A program made the position numbers and the translations under genes. A stretch of 64,000 nucleotides of DNA from the NCBI RefSeq assembly GCF_001194135.2, contig NC_068993.1:4464293-4528292 (forward strand). Direction: 5' to 3'. Numbering within the stretch: position 1 is the first letter of the stretch; every line of letters starts with the position of its first letter. The stretch is from Octopus bimaculoides (lineage: Eukaryota). Shown here in pieces: positions 51,926-63,091 of the stretch. The notes below the pieces were generated by a model. The model made no database searches, was not told the DNA's origin, and saw only the letters and a list, made by a program, of their open reading frames with translations.

Positions 51926-53046
51926 GAAAAAAAAGGCAGAATGCTAAACTGGAGGCATATTTTAATAAAGATTTCTAACCGGTTTTCATTGCGAAAGCAA
52001 ATTATCAAGAAGAAGGAGAATGAAAATGTTTTTTTACAAAGAAGTACAAAATGAAGAAAATAATATATAAAAAAATAATATATAAAAAAATAAATATACC
52101 CATACATTATATTGTCTTTGAGCTTTTGAAGTTCAATAGTAGTTCATGTATATAATTGTAGGAAAAGTAAGGATGCATGAGAGTTGAGAGTTTTGTTAGG
52201 TTNNNNNNNNNNNNNNNNNNNNNNNNNNNNNNNNNNNNNNNNNNNNNNNNNNNNNNNNNNNNNNNNNNNNNNNNNNNNNNNNNNNNNNNNNNNNNNNNNN
52301 NNNNNNNNNNNNNNNNNNNNNNNNNNNNNNNNNNNNNNNNNNNNNNNNNNNNNNNNNNNNNNNNNNNNNNNNNNNNNNNNNNNNNNNNNNNNNNNNNNNN
52401 NNNNNNNNNNNNNNNNNNNNNNNNNNNNNNNNNNNNNNNNNNNNNNNNNNNNNNNNNNNNNNNNNNNNNNNNNNNNNNNNNNNNNATATATATATACATA
52501 TATATATAACGTGTAGAAGAATTATATTTCCTGATTAAGATCCAGAATCTAAATAAAATAATAATGGTTTGCACCAGAAAAATCTAACACAGCCATTTGC
52601 AGAGATCAAAATAAAATACAAACACAGAATTAGTGGCTAAAGTATTTTTACTTTCTGATGAAAGGCAAGTGCTTGAAAAAATGGTTTACCACTTCTTACA
52701 GATGATTACCTTAAAGAATTCTATCTCTATGTCAGTTTTATATTTTCAAGTATATTTTAGAGACTGTAAACTTGAGTACTTGTAGCAGACTCTACTTCAC
52801 AAAACTATTCTATATCTATGTCCATAGCCAGAAACTCTCATTGAATGCTTCCTTCTGGGATTAAGTTTTAAGTCGTAGGTATACTCAGCCAAAATTTACT
52901 CAGGCAGAAAAACAACAAGTACATAAAGTGTAAAACCTACTTATGAAGAGAGACAGTATTTTTAGGTAGAAATATTTATTACTTCATTGTAAAAGTGCAC
53001 ACTTCATGTTGCCACATGATATATCCAAATAATAATACATGCATGT

Positions 53047-53325
53047 ATATTCTGTTTTATTTGGGGAGAGTCATTCTCTTTTGGTGCCTCATGATTTAAT
53101 ACAATCACCGGTAAAATTTATTTCCATTTATTTATTTTTTATTTTTCTAAAATTTTCATTGCGTTTTGCAATCTTTCCAATAGTCAGAACGATTGAAAAA
53201 GTTGCAAGTCACAACGAAAATTTTAGGTAAAATAAAAAAGAAACAAATGGGAATTTTACTGGTGAGTGTGTTAAATTATAAGGCACCAAAAGAGAATGAC
53301 TCTCCCCAGACACGACAGAATATGC
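53047..53325. mobile_element. Palindromic fold-back element (MITE-like), arms about 130 bp, loop about 10 nt
   Basis: 53063-53089 ggggagagtcattctcttttggtgcct is the perfect reverse complement of 53281-53307. The arms stay alignable to the central agtcagaacg loop; termini are ATATTCTG...CAGAATAT. Confidence 0.88.
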
Positions 53326-54443
53326 TTCAACACACGAACTCACATAAATAATCTTGCAAACCAAATCCAAACACAAAACATGCATGCATATATACATACA
53401 TATATATACATACATACATATATATATATATAAATATATATACAGGTACTTATGTATACTTATAAACACATACACACACACACACTCATATATATTAGTA
53501 TATACATGTGCACGTGTATATACACACACACCCACTCATGTACATATATATATATATAAATATATATACAGGTACTTATGTATACTTATAAACACATACA
53601 CACACACACACNNNNNNNNNNAGGGTAGAAAATTTAGAGAAATTTTCTACTGGTGGCCAGCATGTATAATAAAGTATTTTTCATATAAAATAGTGTACGT
53701 ATTTATACACAAAAGAGGTGACCTTTAACAGGACATCTTATATGCTAGAACAGGCAGTTAAAGCCCAAACCATGAATAAGGGTAATTTCAAAGGGAATGA
53801 GTAATATAAAAATTTCTATAGTTACCCCTAGACTCGAGTTTCTGAATTAATGTACAAATAAATTAATTTGCCATTCGGGTAACTATAGCAATATTTATAT
53901 ATATACACACATGTATAGGCATGTATATATACTTGTGCATATATACATACACACACACCACACACATCACACACGCAAACACAAATGTATGAAGCACTTG
54001 AACAATGTGAAAATAAATCTTTCTTCTCTCAGAAACACAAACAGAAGTGAATGACAAAATATGTTGTGAAAGAATAGAAAAGAGAGAACAGAAAAAAAGC
54101 CCCAACAAAATCGTCAAAAAAAAAAACGAAAATCAAAACTAATGCATCACCCTCTATTATTGCCTCCAGTAGAGTACATTAAATATGATAATATAAAGAA
54201 TATATAAAACAAAGAATAAACTAGGAAAAATAAATTAAATGACTAAATGTAATTAACTTGACTATTTATTTGAGTAAATCAAATGAAAGCACTTGTCCTT
54301 AGAGTTAGTTCTCTGCTCTCTGGTTACATAAAACGATTTGGTTAATGCTGACTATTTCATTATGCGCGTGTAAAGTATGAATATATACATCTCTGTATAT
54401 GTATATATATGTATGGAAATACGCATACATGTGTGTGTGTATG

Positions 54444-54498
<55 letters not shown>

Positions 54499-54954
54499 GT
54501 GTATGTGTGTGTATGTATATATAAATATATACGCACACATATACACACACAGCTACACACACATATCCATATATATAGGCATGTGTGTGTGTTAGAGGAA
54601 GCATAGAGAGAGAGTGTCTGTTTGTCTTTGTGTATCTCTCTACCTACCTATTGCAATAGTCTCACTTGAAACCTGACATCACACATTTCTGACAAATCAT
54701 AAATTTATGGTAAATAATTGATTCTGATTCTGATTTTACAAAACGTACAGGTACATGTGAGTCTGTCCGTTTGTCTGTCTGTACTTACATATCTATGTTT
54801 ACAAATGTACGTCATTATTCGGTTTTATTTCAAGATTTCTTACCAACAGAGAAAGAACTGGTTTCTAACCTAGATGCAAATCTCCTTCATTAGAATTTCA
54901 ACTACATTAACAGGATATTTTTGTGTGTATATATGTATCTGACATCCGCTCAGT

Positions 54955-55403
54955 GTTTGAGACTAAGAATCCTAACTCTGTGATGGTATCTGGAGCCATC
55001 ATGGATCCACACTTCCTTAAGTCTGGCTTGAAGATTGCTACACATGAGTACCTGAATATCTTGAAGAACTCTCTATTACCTTAGTTGGAGCAAAAGTTTG
55101 GGTATGACAATGTGGTGTTTAGCCAGGATTCTGTACCATACAATGGGTCAAAAGCAACACAGGCCTTCCTTGGTGAGGGCCAACATCTGGCGTAGTAATA
55201 GCCCACATCTCAACCTTGTCAATTACTTTCTATGGGGCATACTTCCAGCAAGGACCAATGCTTCACTACACTCGAGTGTCAATAGTTTGAAGACCCACAT
55301 AGAATGTGCAACACACAAAATGCAAAAGGCAGAGGTTGCAGCAGCTGCAAGAAAATTTTATTCTCATGTGGAGGCAATAATTGCCCAAAAGGCAATTGAG
55401 TGA
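54955..55403 (+). mobile_element. Tc1/maT-like transposase C-terminal fragment (pseudogenised)
   Basis: FETKNPNSVMVSGAIMDPHFLKSGLKIATHEYLNILKNSLLP*LEQKFGYDNVVFSQDSVP..SKATQAFL, frameshift, ANIWRSNSPHLNLVNYFLWG...RKFYSHVEAIIAQK. Homologous in layout to 19829-20230 but clearly diverged. Confidence 0.82.
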
Positions 55404-56499
55404 CAAATGTTTTTGTTTTGATAAATGTTACCTTAGAATAATATCATCTGTCCACTACCATTATTTTAGTACTTATAACCAGTTTTATGTATTGTAAAAA
55501 TTTATGTACCTGACTCTGAGCTGTGTGGTTACTTCATGCTTTATATATATATGCATGGAGGGTTGGGGTGTGTTTATATGCATTTGTATTTTCCCAGCCA
55601 TACCCTCCACTTAGGTTTCAAAAATCTTCATGAAAAAGTAAATTCTAAAAGCTTACAAAATCTTGAATTTCAACTCCTTTCATTTTTCTCCACAGGCATT
55701 AATAAAAAATAAAATAAAATAACTAAAAACAAAAACTAAACACAGCATCGAAGTGATAAGAAACAACTGTAGGGAGGGAGTGTGGAAATCCTAGAGATCT
55801 TGTTCGGTTTTTGACAGCCAATGTATTACATTATCACATGTACGGATTAGCCAACTTAGCTGTGAGCAGTTTTTGTACAAACACATAGGATCACATACTA
55901 CATTTCATGGTTTTTCAGCCCCACACATTTTGCTAGCTTTATTTTTTTTTCATAAATGATATAAATGAAAGTAAAATAAATGGAAGTAAACCTTATAGGT
56001 GAGCATTTGTTTTTTCAAGTCCAGTTTTTAACGGTACTATAGCAATCAATTTTCGACCGTAATCTAGTCATTTTCCTTTTATTTATGTGTATTGATAAAC
56101 TATAATGCTGATTGATGATTGGTCAGTCTTTAATCTGAAGTGATGATATTTATTTAATCTTAGTCTTTGTTGTGAGTTTGTTGCTTGTTTCCACAGCTAA
56201 TATTGTAGGTGTTTTTGTAGTTTTCCAGAGCATAAAATGGTGCCGTAAATCCCAAAGCCAAAATGCCAAAATACAAATGTAAAATTACTGTATTGCCCAA
56301 CATACTGCCATGATTTCAAAGAGGCAAGGATTAATGGCGAATGCAGTGCTAGTATGTTAATCAAAAATGTATGTTTTTGTGGAAAAATATGCATAGTAAT
56401 GATTTATAAATGTGTAGAAATGTAAGAAATCAGTTCAAGGTAAGGACACATCAATGAAACTGATATCTTGTTGATTCAGGTTGGGAAATTTATGGCTGT

Positions 56500-57105
56500 T
56501 CTCTCTGTGACAGAAGGCATTTGTTGTGTATTTTATTCACATTGTTAAACATCACAGTTGCATCGTGTCCATCATCTAGTTATCTACGTTTGTTAAAAAG
56601 ATTTCCTCTGTCTCTGAAATGGCGAGGAAAATTTCTTGTAGTCAAACAAAAATAGAAGCAATTGTTAATTCTGTGATTGCACCGAATTTTGTAAATGCTG
56701 CCATGAAAAATCTTGAAGAAAATAAAACAGCATAGTGTGGAATTGTTACAGATGGAAGCAATAACAGTTCACTAAAGTTATTTCCTGTAATTATTCAGTG
56801 CTTTGACTGGAAGAATGATGGTTTACAGTTAGAACTGATTAAGTTAAATGAACACACCTAATAACACTGCAGACACAATTGTTAATTATGTGAAGAGAAA
56901 TCTGGAAAAAATACTCTCTCTTTCTCGCTTTCACTCGCTTTCTCTCTCTCTCTCTCTATGAAATTTGGTGCATTTACAGGTGACAACTGCAATATAATGT
57001 CTGAAAGACTGAAGCATAATGAAGAAGATAATAATATGTTTGCAAATTTAAAGATGATGGTTCAAAATGTGATTGTTAATTGGAATAAGTTGCCAGCATA
57101 TATTT
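56500..57105 (+). mobile_element. hAT transposase relic
   Basis: VKHHS...KKISSVSEMARKISCSQTKIEAIVNSVIAP...CGIVTDGSNNSSLKLFPVIIQCFD...NTADTIVNYV...GAFTGDNCNIM...NNMFANLK...GISC(P)AYIL. The first two catalytic Asp motifs (TDxSN, GDN) and the CxAHIL-like motif are visible. It contains stops, frameshifts and a (CT)n insertion at about 56913-56957. Confidence 0.72.
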
Positions 57106-57169
57106 TAAAGAACTGTTTCAAAGAGACAATAGAATGAACAGATATTCTTACTGAAAATATTTTCTGTAA

Positions 57170-57285
57170 AATTGACTACAAAAGTAAATAAGTACTGGAT
57201 ATGATTTATTTGACTAAAAATTTTACAAGGTAGTGCTCCAGCATGGCCGCAGCCTAATGACTGAGACAAGTAAAAGATAAAAAAT
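57170..57285 (+). mobile_element. SINE family A 3' fragment
   Basis: ataagtactggatatgatttatttgactaa...ggtagtgctccagcatggccgcagcctaatgactgagacaagtaaaag. Confidence 0.78.
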
Positions 57286-58121
57286 AGATTTTTGTGGGTG
57301 ATTTTCCTAAAAGCCATTGTAAGGAGGGAAAATATTTTGCAATTATTAAATCTTTTTCAGGGTTTGTCAATATCTCACCAATTCCATTGTTTGTATGTAT
57401 AACGTTTTTTTTGGTGTTGTTGTTGTTTTGTGCTGTTTATATTGTAAGCACCCATATTGGGGTGTTTGGCTAAACGACAAAGGGTTTAACATCTTTATCT
57501 GTAAATTCTTGTAAAATTATTCTTGTAGAATAAGCTTTCCTAAGACTAAACAATGTCATTTATTTTTGAAATTCTACCACAGACAAAATGGCAATCTTTA
57601 CACATTAAAGTCTAAATACTGATTTAAGCTGATGGAGATTACTCAAGGCTTACAGTCATACAGAGTAAAATTTCATTTATAAATACCAGATAATGCTCTC
57701 AAGCAGTATGCATATTAGATGAAGTAACATCTTAAGTGATATCAGACATGAAATATCCTACCAAATATAGCCAATCCTTTAAAAACTGTTCACTGATTTT
57801 CCACACAAAATTTTCTGTTTTGACATAGAAAATTGAAATAGCAAGAGTCTCTGATGAGAATTGCTTGGCATATTTGAAAGTTTGTTTACCTTATTAGAAA
57901 ATTGGTTTCTGGAAAATCTGTGAAAGACAATAGATGGTGGAGTCATTGGAGATTTGAGTTAATAACAATGGAAACTACACAGATTCTTTAGAAGGAAAAA
58001 ATAGAAGTTTGTAAAATTCAAACTTGAGAATTTTACTTCTTAAAACAGTCAGATTTTTGGCTTACTGATAAGGATATGATTCCACTTAATATTATTATTA
58101 TTATTATTATTATTATCATTA

Positions 58122-58155
<34 letters not shown>

Positions 58156-58157
<2 letters not shown>

Positions 58158-58320
58158 GTTTGACTTTTGCTTTGTATTTGTACAAGTTGACTCCAAGTCT
58201 CACCCAGAAACCTCAAGAGACAACAAATTAGAAGTTCAAATTGGTGTTATGACTAGGGTGCCATATATTTGGCTTTGCACAAAGAATTGTTCTAGAGAAT
58301 GTCTTAGAAAGCCATTGCGA
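58156..58320 (-). mobile_element. Short retroposon 3' UTR-like segment embedded in (ATT)n
   Basis: About 165 bp of complex sequence with (ATT)n on both sides. It resembles 3' ends of TAA-associated LINEs from recall. Confidence 0.4.
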
Positions 58321-59184
58321 TTATTATTATTATTTTCTGTTTTTTCTTTTTTTGTGCCAGATATGCATTCATAAAAGGCGCCTTTAGAATCTTGCGTAGC
58401 ACCAAAACAGACAATTATAGCTAAGAGAAATATATTTTGTAAGAGAATGCTTGATATTTATTGAAAGCTTCATAACAACTGAAGACAAGAGGAGACAGAC
58501 AGAGAGGCAGACGGTGAGAGAAAGAGAGAGAAGTAATATGCAATTATGGTAAAGAAGTTTAAATGAAGTCGTTTGATATCACTTTTAAAAAAAAGGCTTT
58601 GAGTTTTCGGATGGATTACAGAAGCCTTTATTTGCGTATGTTAAAGAATCTCATCAGAAACCAGACTGATAACAATGGAAAGAAGTAATGGAATGAAATG
58701 GAGAGTTTAATGAAAAATTCTTTAATGGAATAAAAGAAACTGTCATTGTTTAATAGCATAGCACGATAGCAACTATGGTCAGAGAATATTATTAACGTTT
58801 ATTAAAATAAAATTTATTGTATGATATTATTCATAAGTATACAGAAATTTTCTATGAATAGGATGGTATAAGGTGTCTGGTAATGTTAATACAACATAGG
58901 CTAGGATATTTTAATTTTATTTAAGTTATGTAAATATATATACTTGTATGTATATATCTTTATATATGTACACACACACACACAGACACACACACACACA
59001 CGCATACATATATGGAAGGAGGACACTAAACAATGATGATGATGAATGATGATGTATGTATGCATGTACATCCATCCATCCATCCATCCATACATACATA
59101 CATACATACATATATAGAGGTATTGGATAAAGTAATGGAAACCATGGAAGCTATCTTTTATCGGTAATATACCAAATTCATAAC

Positions 59185-59358
59185 TGTTCTAGGGGCCTGC
59201 ATCCCAAAATTGTTTTTAGGGGTCTGCATTCCAAAAAGTAAAACCCCAGTCGACTAAAGAAAAATTTATTGTATTTACAGAAGGAAGGCCATCAAGGCTG
59301 TCTGAAAGATCTTTGAGGTCTGCATGCGACCCCAGGAGTTGTGGATAAGAACCGCTGA
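59185..59358. mobile_element. hAT-like MITE fragment
   Basis: Ends ...ggataagaaccgctg (reverse complement CAGCGGTTCT, a hAT-type terminus) and carries internal aggggc/tctgcat repeats; the other terminus was not found. Confidence 0.35.
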
Positions 59359-59761
59359 TATAGGTGGTTATTTCATGTTGTTTTTATTGTTTATTTTATT
59401 ATATTATTTGGATTGTCTGAGACTTCTTTTCATGTTTCTTTTTTTCACCTGATTAAAATTTTGACAGATAAAAAGTAGAAATGTCAAAACAGAACCAATG
59501 ATTTAGCTTATACCAAGAGATGTATCTCTCTAGAGAACCAAGGCACAATTAATAACATGACAATGTCAATAACATATACAATATTTTAGTAATTATTTAT
59601 TCTTCAATAGAGTTTGTGGTGCTGTCTCTCAAAAAGATAGTTTTTAAAAAAATTGTTTTCATCATGTAATCATTGATCTTGTTTATCAAGCAGCTGCTTG
59701 CACGTAGTTTGTGGATCCATTCTCTAGATAGCCTTTTTTTTAAAAATTTATATTATTTATA

Positions 59762-60193
59762 ACTGTTTCAGTCGTTAGTTTGTGGCCATGCTGGAGCACT
59801 GCATTGACGGATTTAAGTCAAGTGAATCAACCCCCCAGTGCTTATTAATTTTTTAACCCGTTAAGTCTCAGATATTTAAATTTCTGAATATTACTTTAAA
59901 ATTTTTACAAATGATTGAAAATAGGTTAAAATGAAAAAAAATAATTATTAAAACTCCTTTACTTCAAGTAGAAATGAGAATACCCGGTGTCCTATAAATA
60001 GGACACTGAGACAATGTGATATAGCTTATTTAATGTTCTCATTAGTGTCTTATTTATAGGACAGTGGGACATAATGGGTTAAGAGTGGTACTTATTTTAT
60101 CAATCTCTTTTTGCTAAACAGTTATGTTATGGGGACAGAAACACACTAAGATAGGTTGTCAAGTGTTGGTGGGAGACAAACTCAAACGCAAAG

Positions 60194-60238
<45 letters not shown>

Positions 60239-60365
60239 ACAGGCTTCTTTCAGTTTCTGTGTACCATATCCACTTACAAGGTTTTGGTTGGCCCAAAGCA
60301 ACAGTAGAAGACACTTTCCCAATGTGCCACTGTGAAAGTGACCATGCTTTACCAGCAAGCTACCA
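59762..60365 (-). mobile_element. SINE family A interrupted by a TTAA MITE
   Basis: SINE 3' part at 59762-59852 and remainder at 60083-60365; the two parts are collinear once the insert is removed. Confidence 0.82.
59857..60078. mobile_element. piggyBac-like MITE with TTAA target-site duplication
   Basis: TTAA (59853-59856) CCCGTTAAGTCTCAG ... GTGGGACATAATGGG TTAA (60079-60082). The TIRs match at 11/15, and there are internal palindromes gtgtcctataaataggacac. Confidence 0.75.
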
Positions 60366-61009
60366 CATGTAAACCATTTGTTTTATTATCCATTACCTAT
60401 ATATATATATATAAATCAGTATTAGCAGGTGGTATTTTTATGTGTTGGATTGTGTTGTATTAAAAATGACAGCAAATAAATTAATAATGGTAGGAAGGAA
60501 TAAAATGAAAGACAATAAAAAAAACCTGAGACATTCCACAAATGATAGAATATGAAATAGGGAGGATCTTGTCAGAGGAAATCCTCCAATGGTAGCTTCA
60601 GATTCAACAGATAAAAGATGGAGGTAGGCCATTTGTGTGCGGTCTAAATTGAAGGTTCTCACGTGAGATGCAGTTTTGCTGATATCAAATATCATATAAA
60701 TAAATTGCTTCTATGAAGAATGGGTTATGTTGGTGGCTAAATAATCTGTGAAACTATCATCAGCTATTGTTGGCATTGTCCTTTGATTGTTCTGCGCAAA
60801 GAGAGCAGCATGGGAATTATTAGAACTGTGGGCTTTAATTGTATGATGACTCTGTTGGAAGATATTTAAGTGGGTAACATTAGGTGGTTGCCTGAAAGGT
60901 GGGGAGCTGCCAGAATCTTTAGTATGTTGGGCAAAATCCGGATCTTTCTGGTTTGAATCACTGCATGTCGAAATCTTCAAAAATGTTTTTTAATATAGCA
61001 AAAAGATAT

Positions 61010-61165
61010 AATTTGTTTTGAGTTTAAATTCTGCTGGGGTCAACTTTGCTTTCTATCCATCCAGGGCCAGTAAAATAAAGTCGTAGTAAATCTCTGGTGT
61101 CAATGGAATCGATTTGCCCCTCTCCCCAAAACTGTTGACCTTGTGACAAAACTAGAAAGAATATT
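61010..61165 (+). mobile_element. SINE family B fragment
   Basis: ttttgagtttaaattctgctggggtcaactttgctttctatcc...ctggtgtcaatggaatcgatttgcccctctccccaaaac. Confidence 0.75.
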
Positions 61166-62561
61166 TTAAATAAATTCTAAGAAACCCCTTTTAATAGGAT
61201 ATTCGAAAGAGGGAGAGAAATGTTACAGAGAATAACGCACAGCTTGCCTCTGCTCTATATGTTTGTAGCTTTTTCATTTCCATCTCAAACAGCAAGGAAT
61301 ATCACAATCTGTTATTTTCACTTCCCTATAAATCTATGGTCTCCTCCATAGGTAAGAAATTAATAGGATAGGATGCAAAAATAAACTTTACATGTTTTTA
61401 TTCCATTCACAAACATATGAAGAAGAAATCCAATAATAAATAAATACATAAATAAAAAAAGATAATAAAAAAAGCACAAATTAAGAAAATCAAATGATGC
61501 TATTGGCTTCCATATTGTATTTGCCGATCTTTTCCGAATATTTTGACTTCTTCATGGCTCAAAGCGAACTTCATTTTGCTATTAGATAAAATCAATATCC
61601 GTGTTGGCTTCACGGCAAATAGATAGAGTTTCCAAATTGCTGTTATGTTAAGCCATAACGTTCTACTTTTAAGACTGTATGCTTATGTATGCATATGCGT
61701 GTATGCGTCAATGTATGTTTTTGTGTGTCTGTGTATTCTAAAGGTATCTTTGGTATTATATAAAATGATGTTTAGGCATCATTGCTTCCAGCATCATAAG
61801 CAGATATATAAACAAATACTTCAATTAATTTTGGACTTGTAACTACATCAGTGCCTAGTTAGATGGCGCATATGTACATTATGTAATGAATTACAGTTTT
61901 CAGCTTGAATGAATTATGAGTCTAAAAAGCCAAGCTGTGGCCTCAAAGTCTCTCGGGTTATTGATCTGCTATGGTGTTAGTGGCTATTAGACAACTTGCC
62001 TGCTAATCACACAGCAATTAATCTTTTATTACACTTTCAAGAATATCACAGTAACTGGATTAACGTAGATTTCTGCCATTTTCTAAAATGGCACCTTACC
62101 ATTCAGGCAGCATACCGTCTGTTCCTCTTGGCTATTGGCCAATGGACACAAAAACCATTGCAGTTTCAGTTAGTTTCTTTATTCTATCGGGACAAATATC
62201 TGTACTCTTCTACCCTTCCAGAAGTCTCAATTACTGGATGGTTTATATGTTAAAGCAGTGCCTAGAAGGAAATTGCTTCACCATAATCAATTAGAAATAT
62301 ATAGTTTGATTTGGACCTTATTTCATTGATCACTATTTAAGGAATTGCTAAGCTTTTCACAAGAGATACATCATGAAATTGAGGTTCCACCAAAGTTAAT
62401 GGGGGTCACAAATTCCTGATGCAGGTCATTGTGAAGTGTGTCTTTGTTGTGGCAGCTTGAAGAATGTAAACAGTGTAATCTTGTCAGTTGATTTACCAAA
62501 ACATGCGTATGCTTTATAAACCTTAAAATACCAAATATGCTTTCTGTTTTATTAACAGTGA

Positions 62562-62777
62562 AGGCACATAGCTCAGTGGTTAGAGCATTGGACTTACAGA
62601 TATGAGGTTGTGAGTTCAATTCTTGGGCCGAGCTATGTGTTGTGTTCTTTAGCAAGACACTTAATTGAATAAACTTGCTTGGACTTGTGCCTCAGAGGGG
62701 AACTTTATATGCAAACCCATGGTCATTCAAAACCGAAGGGGTTCTTTACACTTTACCCTTTATTTTGTTTATGCTAA

Positions 62778-62821
<44 letters not shown>

Positions 62822-63020
62822 TTGTGTGTTTGTGTTTGTCTCCCCAACATTGCTTGACAACCGATGGTGGTGTGTTTACGTCCCCGTAACTTAGCGGTTC
62901 AGCAAAAGTGGCCAATAGAATAAGTGTTAGGCTTACAAACAATAAGTCCTGGGGTCAATTTGTTCAACTAAAGGCAGTGCTCCAGTATAGCCGCAGTCAA
63001 GTGACTGAAATGAATAAAAT
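62562..63020 (+). mobile_element. Composite SINE: family E tRNA-like head joined to family A body and tail
   Basis: ggcacaTAGCTCAGTGG (A box)...GAGTTCAATTC (B box)...gttctttagcaagacactt; after (TG)n the sequence matches the 3' half of 40470-40845. Confidence 0.75.
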
Positions 63021-63021
63021 A

Positions 63022-63091
<70 letters not shown>

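Noticed and set aside
53420-53621. Tandem duplication of about 60-100 bp
   Set aside because: It is low-complexity and abuts a 10-N gap, so an assembly artefact cannot be excluded.
57850-57900. CTGATGAG...GAAAG hammerhead-like motif
   Set aside because: Stem II is bulged, and stems I and III cannot be formed; compatible with chance.
62564-62640. tRNA gene
   Set aside because: A and B boxes are present, but there is no proper acceptor stem and the sequence continues into SINE body. The same applies to the other SINE heads (e.g. 44660-44731).
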